NCBI GenBank assembly: GCA_963738405.1
Contig: CAVTWJ010000023.1
Coordinates: forward strand, 256,001-320,000
From: a candidate division FCPU426 bacterium
Lineage (GTDB): Bacteria > Oederibacteriota > Muellerivitia > Muellerivitales > Muellerivitaceae
Length of the DNA: 64,000 nucleotides
Reading direction: 5' to 3'
Positions 36,355 through 46,795 of this stretch are shown here, in pieces. The notes beneath the pieces are model-generated. The model was not told the DNA's origin. It ran no database searches and saw only the letters and a program-made list of their open reading frames with translations. Every line of letters begins with the position of its first letter. The first letter of the stretch is position 1. The position numbers and the translations under genes are program-made.

Positions 36355-37122
36355 TTAATCTACTTTCGTTCCGTAGAGCGTCAGCATTTCCTCAAGCGTT
36401 TCCGCGTCGATTCCCGGGGTCATCTTGCCCGCCATGGCGAAGGCGATTTGGTGATTTTCTTCCGAAACCACGATAGCCAGGGCGTCCGTTTCTTCGGAGA
36501 TTCCCACGGCGGCCCGGTGGCGGGTGCCGAAGGCTTTGCTCAAGTGGGGATTCTGGCTTAAGGGAAGAATGCACCCCGCCGCCGCGATTTTTCCGCCCCG
36601 GATAATGACGGCTCCGTCATGGAGGGGGGAGGGCGGGGTAAAGAGGGTGACCAAGAGTTCGCTGGTTACATCTGCTTCGATCTTGGTGCCGCTTTCAAAA
36701 ACGCTTTGAAGGCTGTCATCCCGCTCAATCACCAATAGGGCCCCGCGTTTGGCCTTGACCAGCTCCCGAACGGCCTTGGTGACTTCCTGAAACAGGAGGG
36801 CGTCCCCCTGAAATACCCCGCCCCAAAAGCCCCCGCCCCGGCCGATTTGGGTGATGATGCGCCTTAAATCGGGCTGGAAAACCACTACAAAGGCGATGAG
36901 AAAAAAGGGCCCCAAATTGCTCAGAAGCCAGTCCAGGGTCAAAAGGTGAAATTGGCTGGCCACCACCGTGGCCAGAAAAAGGATGGTGAAACCCAAAACG
37001 ATGCGGGTGGCCCTGACTTCCCGGATCAATAGGAGCAACTGATACATGAGGTAGGCCACGACCAGAATGTCGAGGACGTCCACGAATCGAAAATTGGCAA
37101 GCAAAGCCGACAGATTATTCAT
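36355..37122 (-). CDS. cdaA: Diadenylate cyclase
   Basis: Three TMs, FQPDLRR, GALLVIER, PLHDGA, GTRHRAA, VSEE. Confidence 0.96.
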   Translation of the reverse strand: MNNLSALLANFRFVDVLDILVVAYLMYQLLLLIREVRATRIVLGFTILFLATVVASQFHLLTLDWLLSNLGPFFLIAFVVVFQPDLRRIITQIGRGGGFWGGVFQGDALLFQEVTKAVRELVKAKRGALLVIERDDSLQSVFESGTKIEADVTSELLVTLFTPPSPLHDGAVIIRGGKIAAAGCILPLSQNPHLSKAFGTRHRAAVGISEETDALAIVVSEENHQIAFAMAGKMTPGIDAETLEEMLTLYGTKVD

Positions 37123-38246
37123 GGCCGCGTCAAACCCCGGTTGTTTCGGATGGCGTCGGCTATTTTTACCACACGAACCATGCTTTGAACATCATGAACC
37201 CTTACAAAATCCGCCCCCGAGAGGATTCCCGCGGTCACGGCGGCGGCTGTGGCCTCCAGCCGATCCTCCGGCGGAAGACCCCCCGTCAGGAACCCAAGGG
37301 TGGATTTGCGGGAAGGACCGAAAAGCAGGGGAAAGCCCAGAACCTTGAATTCCCAAAGCCTGCGGGTCAATTCCATATTGTGCCAGGGCGTTTTACCAAA
37401 ACCGAAACCCGGGTCCAAAATGAGGCTTTCCCGGGCGATCCCCCGTTCAAGGGCAAAACTCACCCTGGACCTGAAAAAAGACAGAATCTCTTCCACTACC
37501 TCCCCGTATCGGGGATTCTTTTGCATGGTCCTTGGCCGGCCCTTCATGTGCATGAGCACCACCGGGACCCGCAGTTGGCTTACCGTGGAAGCCATTTGGG
37601 GATCGCCCCTTAAGGCTGTAACGTCGTTCACGATGGAAGCGCCCGCTTCGACTGCCTGCCGTGCGACCTGGGATTTAGCGGTATCGATCGATAAAGGAAT
37701 CTTTAGTTTCTTAGACAAAAGCCGAAGAACCGGCAGAACCCTTTTTAACTCTTCACGAAGGGCAACGCCCTTGGCTCCGGGCCGGGTGGATTCACCGCCT
37801 ATATCGATTAAATCCGCGCCTTCGGATTGCATCCTCAAGGCGCTATCGAGGGCCGCAGAAGGGTCCATCGCCTTTCCCCCATCGGAAAAAGAATCGGGTG
37901 TGATGTTGAGGATTCCCATCACCCGGGTTCGTTGGGGAATCCGGGCATAACCCGCGAGACCTATATGAATCTGTTCCGCGGCTTGGGGATAAAGGGAAGA
38001 AAGAATCTTGGAGAAGTAAAGATTTCGACTAAGGGAAGAGGTCCAATGGACCAGGTTCGCGCCTTGCCCCACGAACCGTTTGGGTGAAAAACCAAGCGTT
38101 GAAAGTTTATCGAAAATAACCTTCGCCGGAATCGGCCTATTGATTCTTAGGGAACATTGGATCTCAAGGCTGGGAGGAACTGACTTGAAGCCAAGAGGCG
38201 GGGCGGGTTGAAGGACGCGGAAGGAAAACCCTGTTTCCGGGGCCAT
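37119..38246 (-). CDS. folP: Dihydropteroate synthase with N-terminal extension
   Basis: MGILNITPDSFSDGG, GGESTRPG, DPGFGFGK, SRKS, RVHDV. Confidence 0.95.
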   Translation of the reverse strand: MAPETGFSFRVLQPAPPLGFKSVPPSLEIQCSLRINRPIPAKVIFDKLSTLGFSPKRFVGQGANLVHWTSSLSRNLYFSKILSSLYPQAAEQIHIGLAGYARIPQRTRVMGILNITPDSFSDGGKAMDPSAALDSALRMQSEGADLIDIGGESTRPGAKGVALREELKRVLPVLRLLSKKLKIPLSIDTAKSQVARQAVEAGASIVNDVTALRGDPQMASTVSQLRVPVVLMHMKGRPRTMQKNPRYGEVVEEILSFFRSRVSFALERGIARESLILDPGFGFGKTPWHNMELTRRLWEFKVLGFPLLFGPSRKSTLGFLTGGLPPEDRLEATAAAVTAGILSGADFVRVHDVQSMVRVVKIADAIRNNRGLTRP

Positions 38247-38253
38247 CCCTTTC

Positions 38254-38811
38254 TTATTTCCCGATCAATTGGAGGGCTTCCATCCGGGTGGCCACGTTTT
38301 TCGCGAAAACTCCCCGCACGGCGGAGGTGGTCATCCGGGCCCCGGGTTTCTTGACCCCCCGCATGGTCATGCAAAGATGCTCGGCTTCCACGATGACCAA
38401 AGCTCCATAGGGTTTCAGGGCCTTCATGATGGTATCGGCGACTTGGGTGGTGATTCTTTCCTGCAATTGGGGACGGCGGGAGATGGTTTCAACGATCCGG
38501 GCCAGTTTCGAAAGGCCGCAAAGCCGGTCCTTGCGGGGGGCATAGGCCACATGGGCTTTGCCGTAAAAGGGCAGCAGGTGATGCTCGCACATGGAGTAAA
38601 AGGGAATGTCGCGGAGGATGACCATTTCCTCGTGGCCTTCCGTCTCGAAGATCGTCACCAATTCCTTGGGATCGGCGGCTATACCGGAAAATACTTCCTC
38701 GAACATCTTAGCCACCCTCTTCGGGGTGTCCTTCAGGCCCTCCCGGTCCGGATTTTCGCCCAAACCGAGAAGAATTTCACGAACGGCCTTCTCGATTCGG
38801 GGTTTATCCAA
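38254..38811 (-). CDS. folE: GTP cyclohydrolase I
   Basis: [36 protein letters not shown]. Confidence 0.98.
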   Translation of the reverse strand: MDKPRIEKAVREILLGLGENPDREGLKDTPKRVAKMFEEVFSGIAADPKELVTIFETEGHEEMVILRDIPFYSMCEHHLLPFYGKAHVAYAPRKDRLCGLSKLARIVETISRRPQLQERITTQVADTIMKALKPYGALVIVEAEHLCMTMRGVKKPGARMTTSAVRGVFAKNVATRMEALQLIGK

Positions 38812-40747
38812 GACGTCCGCCTTCCATAGCCTGCAGGGGAGCGGGGGTGGGCTGGGGCGTCAAGGCGGGGCCTACGGGCGCGGGGCTGGAACCCGCCGGA
38901 GGCTGGGCGGTGGGAGGCGGGGCCTTGGGAGCGAGCGGCGGCATTTTTTTGCCGGCCATGATCAAATCCACATCGCTGGCGTCCAGGGTTTCCCTTTCCA
39001 AAAGGGCCTCGGCCATAACTTTCAAAAACTTCCGGTTTTTCTTCAGGATCACCATGGCCTCCCGGTGGCAGGATTCCACGATGCTTTTCACCTCATCGTC
39101 GATGGCCTGGGCCGTCCTTTCGGAATAATTTTTTTCTTTCATGAGATCCCGGCCGATGAAGACCATGTCATCCTTGCCGCCCAGCGTCACCGAACCCAGT
39201 TTGGGGCTCATCCCGTACTCGCAGACCATGGCATGGGCGATTTCGGTGGCCCGGCTTAAATCATTGCCCGCTCCGGTCGTGACATCCCCGAAGATCAATT
39301 CTTCGGCCGTACGGCCGCCCAACAAGGCGGTAATGCGGTGCAACAGCTCGGTCTTGGAGGCGAGAAACTTTTCTTCATTCGGGAGGTACCAGGTCGCGCC
39401 CAAGGCCGCGTGGCCCCTGGGAATGATGGAGACTTTATGGACCGAGTGGGATTTATCGACCATCTTGCCCACGATGGTGTGGCCGGATTCGTGGTAGGCC
39501 ACGATCTTTTTCTCATCCTCGGTAATGACGCGGGTTCGTCTTTCGGGCCCCGCCATGACGCGGTCGATGGCTTCCTCAAGCTCGGAAAGCTCCACGGCTT
39601 TTTTATTGCGGCGGGCGGCCAACAGGGCCGCCTCGTTGATCAAATTAGCCAGATCGGCTCCCGAAAAGCCGGGAGTGCGCCGGGCGATGACGGATAAATC
39701 CACTCCCTCGACCAGCTTCACGGCTTTCGAATGAACCCTGAGAATCGCTTCACGTCCCGCCAAATCGGGGCGGTCCACCACGATTTGCCGGTCAAAACGT
39801 CCGGGCCGCATCAAGGCCGGGTCCAAAACATCCATCCGGTTGGTAGCGGCAATCAGGATGACGCCGTTGTTGGTATTGAACCCGTCCATCTCCACGAGCA
39901 TGGCGTTCAAGGTTTGTTCCCGCTCGTCGTGGCCCCCGCCCAAGCCGGCGCCCCTCTGGCGGCCGACCGCGTCGATTTCATCGATGAAGATGATGCAAGG
40001 CGCGTTCTTTTTGCCCTGTTCGAAAAGATCCCGGACCCTCGCGGCTCCCACCCCCACGAACATCTCCACAAAATCCGAGCCTGAGATGGAAAAGAAGGGA
40101 ACTCCCGCCTCTCCCGCGACCGCTTTGGCTAGGAGGGTTTTACCTGTGCCCGGAGGCCCAAGAAGGATGACGCCCTTGGGGATCTTTCCGCCCAGGAGCT
40201 GGTATTTCTTCGGGTCTTTAAGAAAATCCACCACTTCCATCAGTTCGGTCTTGGCTTCATCCACACCAGCCACATCGGCGAAGGTGATTTTTTGCGAACC
40301 GGAAGTCATGAGCCGGGCGCGGCTTTTCCCAAACGCCATCGCTCCGCCGCCGCCGCCCTGGGCTTGACGCATGGTGAAATAGAAAAACCCCAATAAAAGA
40401 AAAATAGGGCCAAAGGTCACAAAGAGGGTATTCCAGATGCTCGGCTTCTGGGGTGGCTCGGCTGAAATTTCAACATTTTGTTTGAGAAGCAGTTGGGTCA
40501 GCTCCGGGTCGTGATCATCCGGTTGAACGACCGTAAACTCTTCCCCGCCCTTGGCGGTTCCCGCGATAAGGCGGTCATCGGGATGGATATCGGCCTTTTG
40601 AATGTGTCCGGCCGAAATTTCAGTCACAAATTTGGAATAGTCCCAAACCTCATTTTTCTTGTGGGGGCTTTGGGATTGCTGAAAGAAATACATAATGACC
40701 ACGAAGATAATCAGGTAAAGGGCAATCATTTTATAATGTTGGCTCAA
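38804..40747 (-). CDS. ftsH: ATP-dependent zinc metalloprotease
   Basis: [26 protein letters not shown]. Confidence 0.99.
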   Translation of the reverse strand: MSQHYKMIALYLIIFVVIMYFFQQSQSPHKKNEVWDYSKFVTEISAGHIQKADIHPDDRLIAGTAKGGEEFTVVQPDDHDPELTQLLLKQNVEISAEPPQKPSIWNTLFVTFGPIFLLLGFFYFTMRQAQGGGGGAMAFGKSRARLMTSGSQKITFADVAGVDEAKTELMEVVDFLKDPKKYQLLGGKIPKGVILLGPPGTGKTLLAKAVAGEAGVPFFSISGSDFVEMFVGVGAARVRDLFEQGKKNAPCIIFIDEIDAVGRQRGAGLGGGHDEREQTLNAMLVEMDGFNTNNGVILIAATNRMDVLDPALMRPGRFDRQIVVDRPDLAGREAILRVHSKAVKLVEGVDLSVIARRTPGFSGADLANLINEAALLAARRNKKAVELSELEEAIDRVMAGPERRTRVITEDEKKIVAYHESGHTIVGKMVDKSHSVHKVSIIPRGHAALGATWYLPNEEKFLASKTELLHRITALLGGRTAEELIFGDVTTGAGNDLSRATEIAHAMVCEYGMSPKLGSVTLGGKDDMVFIGRDLMKEKNYSERTAQAIDDEVKSIVESCHREAMVILKKNRKFLKVMAEALLERETLDASDVDLIMAGKKMPPLAPKAPPPTAQPPAGSSPAPVGPALTPQPTPAPLQAMEGGRLG

Positions 40748-40883
40748 GGAAGACTCCTATTCGTCGTTGAGGTGAAATCCCGCGTCTCGAAACCATAGGA
40801 AGGGCAGGTGGGAGAAGCAAGGGTCGTATCATATCCGAGGCTCTTTTGCCTTTGCAAGAAGGCCTAAAACACCGCAAATCCCC

Positions 40884-41912
40884 TCAAGGTTTACGATGGA
40901 GGAGGGAGCGGTTAGCTTTGGATTTTTGAAGTGTGAGGTCCTGACCCGATACTCCGGCACTGAGGCCAAAACCTAGATCCCGGGGTCCCATTTGACGGTG
41001 GGACTCAATTTCCAATACCTCCTCCGCCCTTTCAAAGGAAAGGCCCCTTGCCCGAGGTTCCAAACGCTCCGCCGCCCAGCGGACCAACCTTCTTTTGAGA
41101 GGAACCGCAAGGCTTGAAAAGCTTTTTCGGGGAAAAGAAACACTGTTTCGTTTTAATTTTCCCAAATGAAGCGCCAGACCCTCCACCCAACCCTCCATCC
41201 AAGCATCCTCGCCAGCCAGGATCTCCCCTGTTTGGGCCAGTTTTCGCGTCAAGTCTTTGTTCCATTTCGTTAAAAAAGGAATAATTTCATGACGGATTTG
41301 ATTTCGCCGGTAAAGCGTCTTGGCGTTGGATGAATCCTCACGCCAAGCGATGTGGTGATCGCGCAAGTATTCCTTCATTTCGTCCTTTGAGTAGGACAGC
41401 AAAGGACGCCACACTTTCAAGGGCCGGTTCGAACCGATCGCAAGTTCCTGAACCGGGCGCAAACCCGAAAGACCCCTGGGGCCGGCGCCCCGGAGCAACC
41501 GATCCAAGACTGTTTCAGCTTGGTCTTCCAAATGGTGGGCGACAACGGCCCCCCAAGCCTTTTCCTTTTTGGCCAAGGACGCGAAAAATCCATACCTTAT
41601 ATCCCTGGCCCATTCTTGCAGTGACCCCGCGTTTTTCTTTTTGGGTATTACCCGCAACACCTCACATGGCAGTCCCCAGGCCCTCGAAAGTTCCCTCACG
41701 AATTCCTCGTCCGCGCGGGAATCTTTCCCGCGCAGTCCATAATTGACGTGGGCGACCCTGAGCCTTTTCTCCGGATGAGGCACGTTTTCTTTTAATAGAG
41801 AAAGCAGGGCTACCGAATCGGAGCCGCCCGAAACGCCCACCACAAGCCTGGCGTTTTTCGAGAAGGGTTCTGGAGGAAAGGGTCTTAATTTCATAGGGGT
41901 CTGGGACTTCAA
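40884..41912 (-). CDS. tilS: tRNA(Ile)-lysidine synthetase (short form)
   Basis: VSGGSDS, HVNYGLR, ARDIRY, AHHLEDQAET, RPLL, EDSSN, RNQIR. Confidence 0.94.
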   Translation of the reverse strand: MKSQTPMKLRPFPPEPFSKNARLVVGVSGGSDSVALLSLLKENVPHPEKRLRVAHVNYGLRGKDSRADEEFVRELSRAWGLPCEVLRVIPKKKNAGSLQEWARDIRYGFFASLAKKEKAWGAVVAHHLEDQAETVLDRLLRGAGPRGLSGLRPVQELAIGSNRPLKVWRPLLSYSKDEMKEYLRDHHIAWREDSSNAKTLYRRNQIRHEIIPFLTKWNKDLTRKLAQTGEILAGEDAWMEGWVEGLALHLGKLKRNSVSFPRKSFSSLAVPLKRRLVRWAAERLEPRARGLSFERAEEVLEIESHRQMGPRDLGFGLSAGVSGQDLTLQKSKANRSLLHRKP

Positions 41913-41919
41913 CAGAAAA

Positions 41920-41996
41920 TGGTAGCGGGGGAGAGACTCGAACTCTCGACCTACGGATTATGAAACCGTTGCTCTAGCCAGCTGAGCTACCCCGCC
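41920..41996 (-). tRNA. tRNA-Met(CAT), elongator type
   Basis: GGCGGGGTAGCTCAGCTGGCTAGAGC...TTCATAA...GTTCGAGTC...CGCTACCA cloverleaf. Confidence 0.92.
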
Positions 41997-42041
41997 ATTC
42001 CATCGGCGCGTTCACGGGACAGAACCCGTGAAGGGCAAGTG

Positions 42042-42070
42042 AATATGCCAATCTTCCTTTGGCTTGTCAA
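42042..42070 (-). promoter_or_regulatory. Sigma70 promoter for tRNA-Met/tilS
   Basis: TTGACA-17 bp-CATATT with a TGn extension. Confidence 0.65.
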
Positions 42071-42084
42071 TTGGCTCACAGGGG

Positions 42085-42519
42085 TTAGCGGTTCTTTTGC
42101 TTGCGTTCTTGATAGGCCTTTTTAAGTTCTTGGGCGATCACCGGGTTTTTCATCAGGATCTTATCGAAATCGTACTTTTGAAGGATAAAAAGCTCGGTTA
42201 TTTCCTCAGCCACAATGGTGGCGCTCCGGGGCTCATTTGAAATTAGGGCCATTTCGCCGAAAAACTCATCGGTCTGGAGGTCGGCGACCTTGACCTTCTT
42301 GAAGCTTTTTTTGAGCCACACGGAAACTTTTCCTGAGGCAATGAGGTAGAAGGCGTCCCCGGGATCGCCTTGCTTGATGATTTCATAACCCTTTTGGACC
42401 CGGATCATCCGCAGGTGGCCGATCAATTCGTCCAACTCGTTCATTTTCAGGGATTGAAAAAAGTAGGTGTTTTGAAGGACATTTCGAAGCCGGCTGAATA
42501 TCGAGGCCGTATCGGTCAT
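42085..42519 (-). CDS. Stand-alone cyclic nucleotide-binding protein
   Basis: IIKQGDPGDAFYLIASGKV, FFGEMALI...PRSAT. Confidence 0.92.
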   Translation of the reverse strand: MTDTASIFSRLRNVLQNTYFFQSLKMNELDELIGHLRMIRVQKGYEIIKQGDPGDAFYLIASGKVSVWLKKSFKKVKVADLQTDEFFGEMALISNEPRSATIVAEEITELFILQKYDFDKILMKNPVIAQELKKAYQERKQKNR

Positions 42520-42606
42520 GGGGAAACTCCCTTAATAAGCGAATGCGAATGATCTAAAGTATAACAAAAAGAATGAGGGTATTGGTGAAAAGGGCCGGGA
42601 CCGCCT

Positions 42607-43482
42607 CTATTTAAACCATCCTAAAGCATTCAATCGGGTGAGCACTTCTCTTACGGGAGCGCTCTTATTCATGACATAAAAATGTATGCCCGGAGCTCCT
42701 TTTGACAACAATTCGGAGCATTGCCTGACGGCGTACTCAATGCCCTTTTCCCGCACAAACTCTTTATCATCCCGGTGTGGTTTCAGGCCCTCAGAAAGTT
42801 CAAGGGGGATTTTTGTTCCGAAGCTGGCGATTTTTTCCACCTGCGAATAGTCGGTTAAAAGCCAAAGACCCGGCTGTACCGGAGCCGTGACCCCCAAGCC
42901 CCGAAGTTGATCCACATAGTGGAAATAGTCCCGATTGTCGAAAAAAAGCTGGGTGACGATAAATTGTCCCCCCGCCTCCATTTTTTTCTTCAGGTTTTCT
43001 CTGTCTTGGGCGGGAGAAACCGCTTCGGGATGTCCCTCAGGATATCCGGCGACTCCCAGACAAAAACCATAACCTTCTTTCCGTATAAATCTTATTAATT
43101 CCTCGGCGTAAGCGAATCCATCTGGAGCCGGCTTGAAGTCCGATTGCCCCTTGGGAGGGTCACCTCTAAGCGCGAGAATATTTTCCAACCCAGCGTTTTG
43201 GACCCGGCTCAGAATCTGGCGAATTTCATCTTTGGAGTGCCCCACACAGGTGAAATGCATCAAGGGTAGGATTCCCATATCTTTCAGTCGAACCGCGATG
43301 TCGTAAGTCATGTCCCTGCTCGAGCCGCCCGCTCCATAGGTGATGGAAACGTAATCCGGTGCCAATTCTTTAAGTTCAAAAACCGTTTGAAATAGCCCCT
43401 CCAAATTGCCGTCCCTTTTTGGCGGAAACAATTCGAAAGAAAGAACCGGTTTATTTCGGGAAAACAAATCAATAATCTTCAT
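42607..43482 (-). CDS. metF: Methylenetetrahydrofolate reductase
   Basis: SFELFPPK, SITYGAGG, LALRGDPP, AGYPEGH, TQLFFD; ATGA overlap with the upstream gene. Confidence 0.97.
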   Translation of the reverse strand: MKIIDLFSRNKPVLSFELFPPKRDGNLEGLFQTVFELKELAPDYVSITYGAGGSSRDMTYDIAVRLKDMGILPLMHFTCVGHSKDEIRQILSRVQNAGLENILALRGDPPKGQSDFKPAPDGFAYAEELIRFIRKEGYGFCLGVAGYPEGHPEAVSPAQDRENLKKKMEAGGQFIVTQLFFDNRDYFHYVDQLRGLGVTAPVQPGLWLLTDYSQVEKIASFGTKIPLELSEGLKPHRDDKEFVREKGIEYAVRQCSELLSKGAPGIHFYVMNKSAPVREVLTRLNALGWFK

Positions 43483-45797
43483 GAAATCCTTGCCTGAGTC
43501 ATTTTTCGCCTTCGCCAAAGCCAATAGAGTATAGCAAGATAAAGGAATATCGAAATTTCCGTAACCCTTAAACCTAGCCAAAACGCCTCGGGTTTATATT
43601 CCAACACAAAGTGATGAGTTCCAACCCCGAGGGGAACGGCTTGAAGAAAAAAATCTCCCGGAATCACTTCATACTGGGTTTGACCGCTTTCCTCAAGGGC
43701 GCGGGCATGCCACCCCTCGCCGTAGTTGTCCGTGACCAAAAGTATGGAAGGTTTTGAAACTTGCGCCCTCACTTCAATATGTTCCGAATCGATTTCCTTC
43801 CAATCTAAAGTCCCATTACTTTTTCCAGGCTCCGGTTGAAAGGGCGGGTTCTTTTCCAAAATGACAGTGTGAAGAAAATCGAAATGAGGTTGAAAAAGCG
43901 CCTGGCGGGCTGATTTGTCCGAAGGTTGAACTTCCCATTGGTCAAATAATTGAAACCGTTTTAATGAAGGAAAGGGGAGTTCATGGAACTGGAGCCTCGC
44001 TGGGTTTTCGTTCATAAGGTATCGCAAACGGACCAATCCAAATATCGGTGTAAACTTGCTAAAAACGGGCATAACCGAAAACAACCGGTTATCTTCCAAA
44101 CCCTGGCTGGAAGCCACAAATTGCCCATAACGCTGGAGAACCATGGGTTCATATTCCCAAATATCCCTTCCGCCTACAGCAAGGGAATCCGAGGAAGTTC
44201 CATAGGCCCGTTCCTCTCCAGGATGATTCGACCAAAATTCCCCGAGCGCCGCTTCCTTGTGAGTCCAATCGGATATCGGAAAAGTGGGCCGGTTTCTTTC
44301 GGCGAAGAAAAAAAGCTCAAAAACACACAAGAGAAGGACGGCCCTATTTCTCCAGGGGGCCTCCATGCGAAATGAAATGGCGAGAAGGACGAATAGGGCG
44401 GCTCCAACCCCCAAGCTTTCCGCCAAATGAAATCCCGACTCCCTGCCAAAAGCTTCTCGAACAGAGGGCTCCAAGCTGTTCATGGTTTTTTTAAGCCAGC
44501 TGATTTGGAAAAATAAATCATCCCATAGACCTGGAAAGCCCTGAACCAGAAAGAAAAGACCCAAACTTAAAAAAAGAAGGCCCATTCCAAGAAAGGCGAA
44601 CAGCCGGGTTCGTCCTCGATTTGAATGGATTTCTTTAGAAATAAAATCAAACCCCGCGCCAGCCGACGTCGCGATCAATAAGGCGATGAATACATCCAGT
44701 TTTGCCCAACCTCTTATTTCATTTGCGAAGGGGCAATAATGGTAAATAAAAAAATAAAGAGGAGTCGCGGGACCGAGGGCTAAAACAAAAACCGAAAACA
44801 ACAACAGAAAATCAGCCCTACGGCGCAAATCAGCTTTACCAGTCCAGCCTAGGATCGCCAGGGTGAAAGCGGTCAAGCCCACAAACAAAGACACCTCCCA
44901 GGGGTACCATCTGCCCCAATAGGCGCCTGGCTTAAGATTTCCGAACAATTCAGGAAAAACCAAGGTGAGGATATTTTCGATTGGAAGGGAGAAGGAGGAT
45001 GCCATTTTAAAATCGATGGAAAGACGCCGGAGACCCTCTCCCCCTGCTTCCAATCCTGTAATAAGTTGGACGGCAGATACCCCGCCCGCCAGCAAAAGCG
45101 AGCCTAAGGCCAAGAGTGTTTTAACTCCTTTTTGATCCGTTTGTGAAATTCGGAATATGAAAAAAAGAATGCCTATACAAACCGTGAAAAAAACGTATTG
45201 GGGATGGCCTGCCAAAATTTGCATTGAGAAAGCCAAAGTCAAAAGACAAGCCCAGCCCGCCTTTCCCTTTTCCAGGATTCCCTCCAAACCCCAGAAAACC
45301 AAAGGGATCCAGACCATGGCACAAAGGTTGGGAAGATGTCCAGGGTACAAGTGAAGATAATAGGATCCACTCCACATAAAAATGGTTCCAGCAATAAACG
45401 CGGCTGGAGCGGATAAACCCCTAAACCTGCCCCAACCATAGGTAAAGGCGCCCGCAAGGAAAATATGACCCACGGTAATCCAGTTGAGGGCGTAAACCAT
45501 AGGCACTACCATTTGCAGCCAGTTGGGGGGATACAAAAGGGCCGATTCAAAATTTCCAAAAAAGGGATTTCCGCATAAATAATAAGGGTTCCATAAAACC
45601 AGATGTCCCACTTGAAGCTGGGAAAACCCATAGAAACGCCAAGACAGAAAATGAAGGAAAAGATCTCCCTGCTCATCCGAAAGCACCCTTGAGGATTGGA
45701 AAAGAACGTCTCCAAAAAGAAGCGCATTCAGGAAAAACAGGCCTCCTAAACCATATAGGTCTGCGGAAATTGACTTCAAAGACGTCGGTCGGCTCAT
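43479..45797 (-). CDS. YfhO-like polytopic membrane protein (GT-C-like)
   Basis: LWNPYYLCGNPF, LYPPN, AGHPQ, C-terminal YGEGWHA...AVPLGVGTH..LEYKP. Confidence 0.8.
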   Translation of the reverse strand: MSRPTSLKSISADLYGLGGLFFLNALLFGDVLFQSSRVLSDEQGDLFLHFLSWRFYGFSQLQVGHLVLWNPYYLCGNPFFGNFESALLYPPNWLQMVVPMVYALNWITVGHIFLAGAFTYGWGRFRGLSAPAAFIAGTIFMWSGSYYLHLYPGHLPNLCAMVWIPLVFWGLEGILEKGKAGWACLLTLAFSMQILAGHPQYVFFTVCIGILFFIFRISQTDQKGVKTLLALGSLLLAGGVSAVQLITGLEAGGEGLRRLSIDFKMASSFSLPIENILTLVFPELFGNLKPGAYWGRWYPWEVSLFVGLTAFTLAILGWTGKADLRRRADFLLLFSVFVLALGPATPLYFFIYHYCPFANEIRGWAKLDVFIALLIATSAGAGFDFISKEIHSNRGRTRLFAFLGMGLLFLSLGLFFLVQGFPGLWDDLFFQISWLKKTMNSLEPSVREAFGRESGFHLAESLGVGAALFVLLAISFRMEAPWRNRAVLLLCVFELFFFAERNRPTFPISDWTHKEAALGEFWSNHPGEERAYGTSSDSLAVGGRDIWEYEPMVLQRYGQFVASSQGLEDNRLFSVMPVFSKFTPIFGLVRLRYLMNENPARLQFHELPFPSLKRFQLFDQWEVQPSDKSARQALFQPHFDFLHTVILEKNPPFQPEPGKSNGTLDWKEIDSEHIEVRAQVSKPSILLVTDNYGEGWHARALEESGQTQYEVIPGDFFLQAVPLGVGTHHFVLEYKPEAFWLGLRVTEISIFLYLAILYWLWRRRKMTQARIS

Positions 45798-45901
45798 AGG
45801 GCCATGGAAACAAATAGGATACGGTGCGTCAATAGCTTTTTAAGAATCCCTGGACTCAATACTATAATGACGAAAGGTTTTAAAGATTCCCCGGAGAGAA
45901 C

Positions 45902-46795
45902 ATGGACCCGAAAGATCAAATTTTAATCAGCGGCCTCAAAGTGAAATGCATCATTGGCATCTTCGACTGGGAAAGAAAACAAAAACAGGAAATCTTATTG
46001 GATCTGAAATTTCCCTGTGATAACCGCAAGGCCGCTCGAACCGATCGGATTGAAGACACTACCGATTACAAAACCATCGCTAAAACCACCATTGCCTTTG
46101 TGGAGAAAAGCCGGTTTCAATTGGTTGAAACCATGGCCGAAAGGTTGGCGGAATTGCTTCTAAAGCGCTTTTCCTTGCCGGAAATTCTTTTGACCGTATC
46201 CAAACCGGGCGCGCTCCGAGGGTCCCAAAACGTGGGAGTTCAAATACACCGGATTCAGCCTGGGCTGCCGCCCAACTCATGGATGGCTTTAGGTCTCGGA
46301 TCCAACATCGACCCTCAAAAGCATTTGCAAATGGCATTGAAAGAGTTGGATGACCGTTTCGGTTTTTGGGGATGCTCACACGTTTACGAAACTTCCCCGA
46401 TCGGCTATTCGCGTCAGCCCCGATTTTGGAACTTGGCGGTCACCGTTCATGATCCGGGAGGTCCTTCGAAATTGATCCGGCGGCAGATGGAACAAATTGA
46501 AAAAAAAGCCGGGAGAAAAAAAACCTCGAACCCCAACGGACCCCGAACTCTCGACATCGACCTGCTTTTAAGGAGTGACAGGGTTGAAAAAAACGCCGGG
46601 AAGAAACTTCCCCACCCCGACATCGAAAAAAAAGCCTTTGTGCTTTTCCCATTGCTGGAAATCATTCCTCAGGAAACCCACCCTGCAACCCGGTTGAGTT
46701 ACGTGGAACTAGCGGCAGCTTTTTCAGATAAGAAACAAAAAATACATCGACTACCACCCGAAACACTCGCCCCCTACCTTCCCTTTAACCGCTGA
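45902..46795 (+). CDS. folK: Fused dihydroneopterin aldolase / HPPK (FolB-FolK)
   Basis: IGIFDWER..QE..DY..LVETMAE..VSKP (FolB) then LGLGSNI, YETSP, GPRTLDIDLL, LPHP (FolK). Confidence 0.93.
   Translation: MDPKDQILISGLKVKCIIGIFDWERKQKQEILLDLKFPCDNRKAARTDRIEDTTDYKTIAKTTIAFVEKSRFQLVETMAERLAELLLKRFSLPEILLTVSKPGALRGSQNVGVQIHRIQPGLPPNSWMALGLGSNIDPQKHLQMALKELDDRFGFWGCSHVYETSPIGYSRQPRFWNLAVTVHDPGGPSKLIRRQMEQIEKKAGRKKTSNPNGPRTLDIDLLLRSDRVEKNAGKKLPHPDIEKKAFVLFPLLEIIPQETHPATRLSYVELAAAFSDKKQKIHRLPPETLAPYLPFNR

Noticed and set aside
37249..39259. Long plus-strand ORFs opposite folP, folE and ftsH
   Set aside because: Antisense shadows in GC-rich coding DNA.
41920..41996. CAT tRNA beside tilS as tRNA-Ile2
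   Set aside because: The GGCGGGG acceptor stem and overall sequence fit elongator Met, not the C-rich positions 4-5 typical of Ile2.
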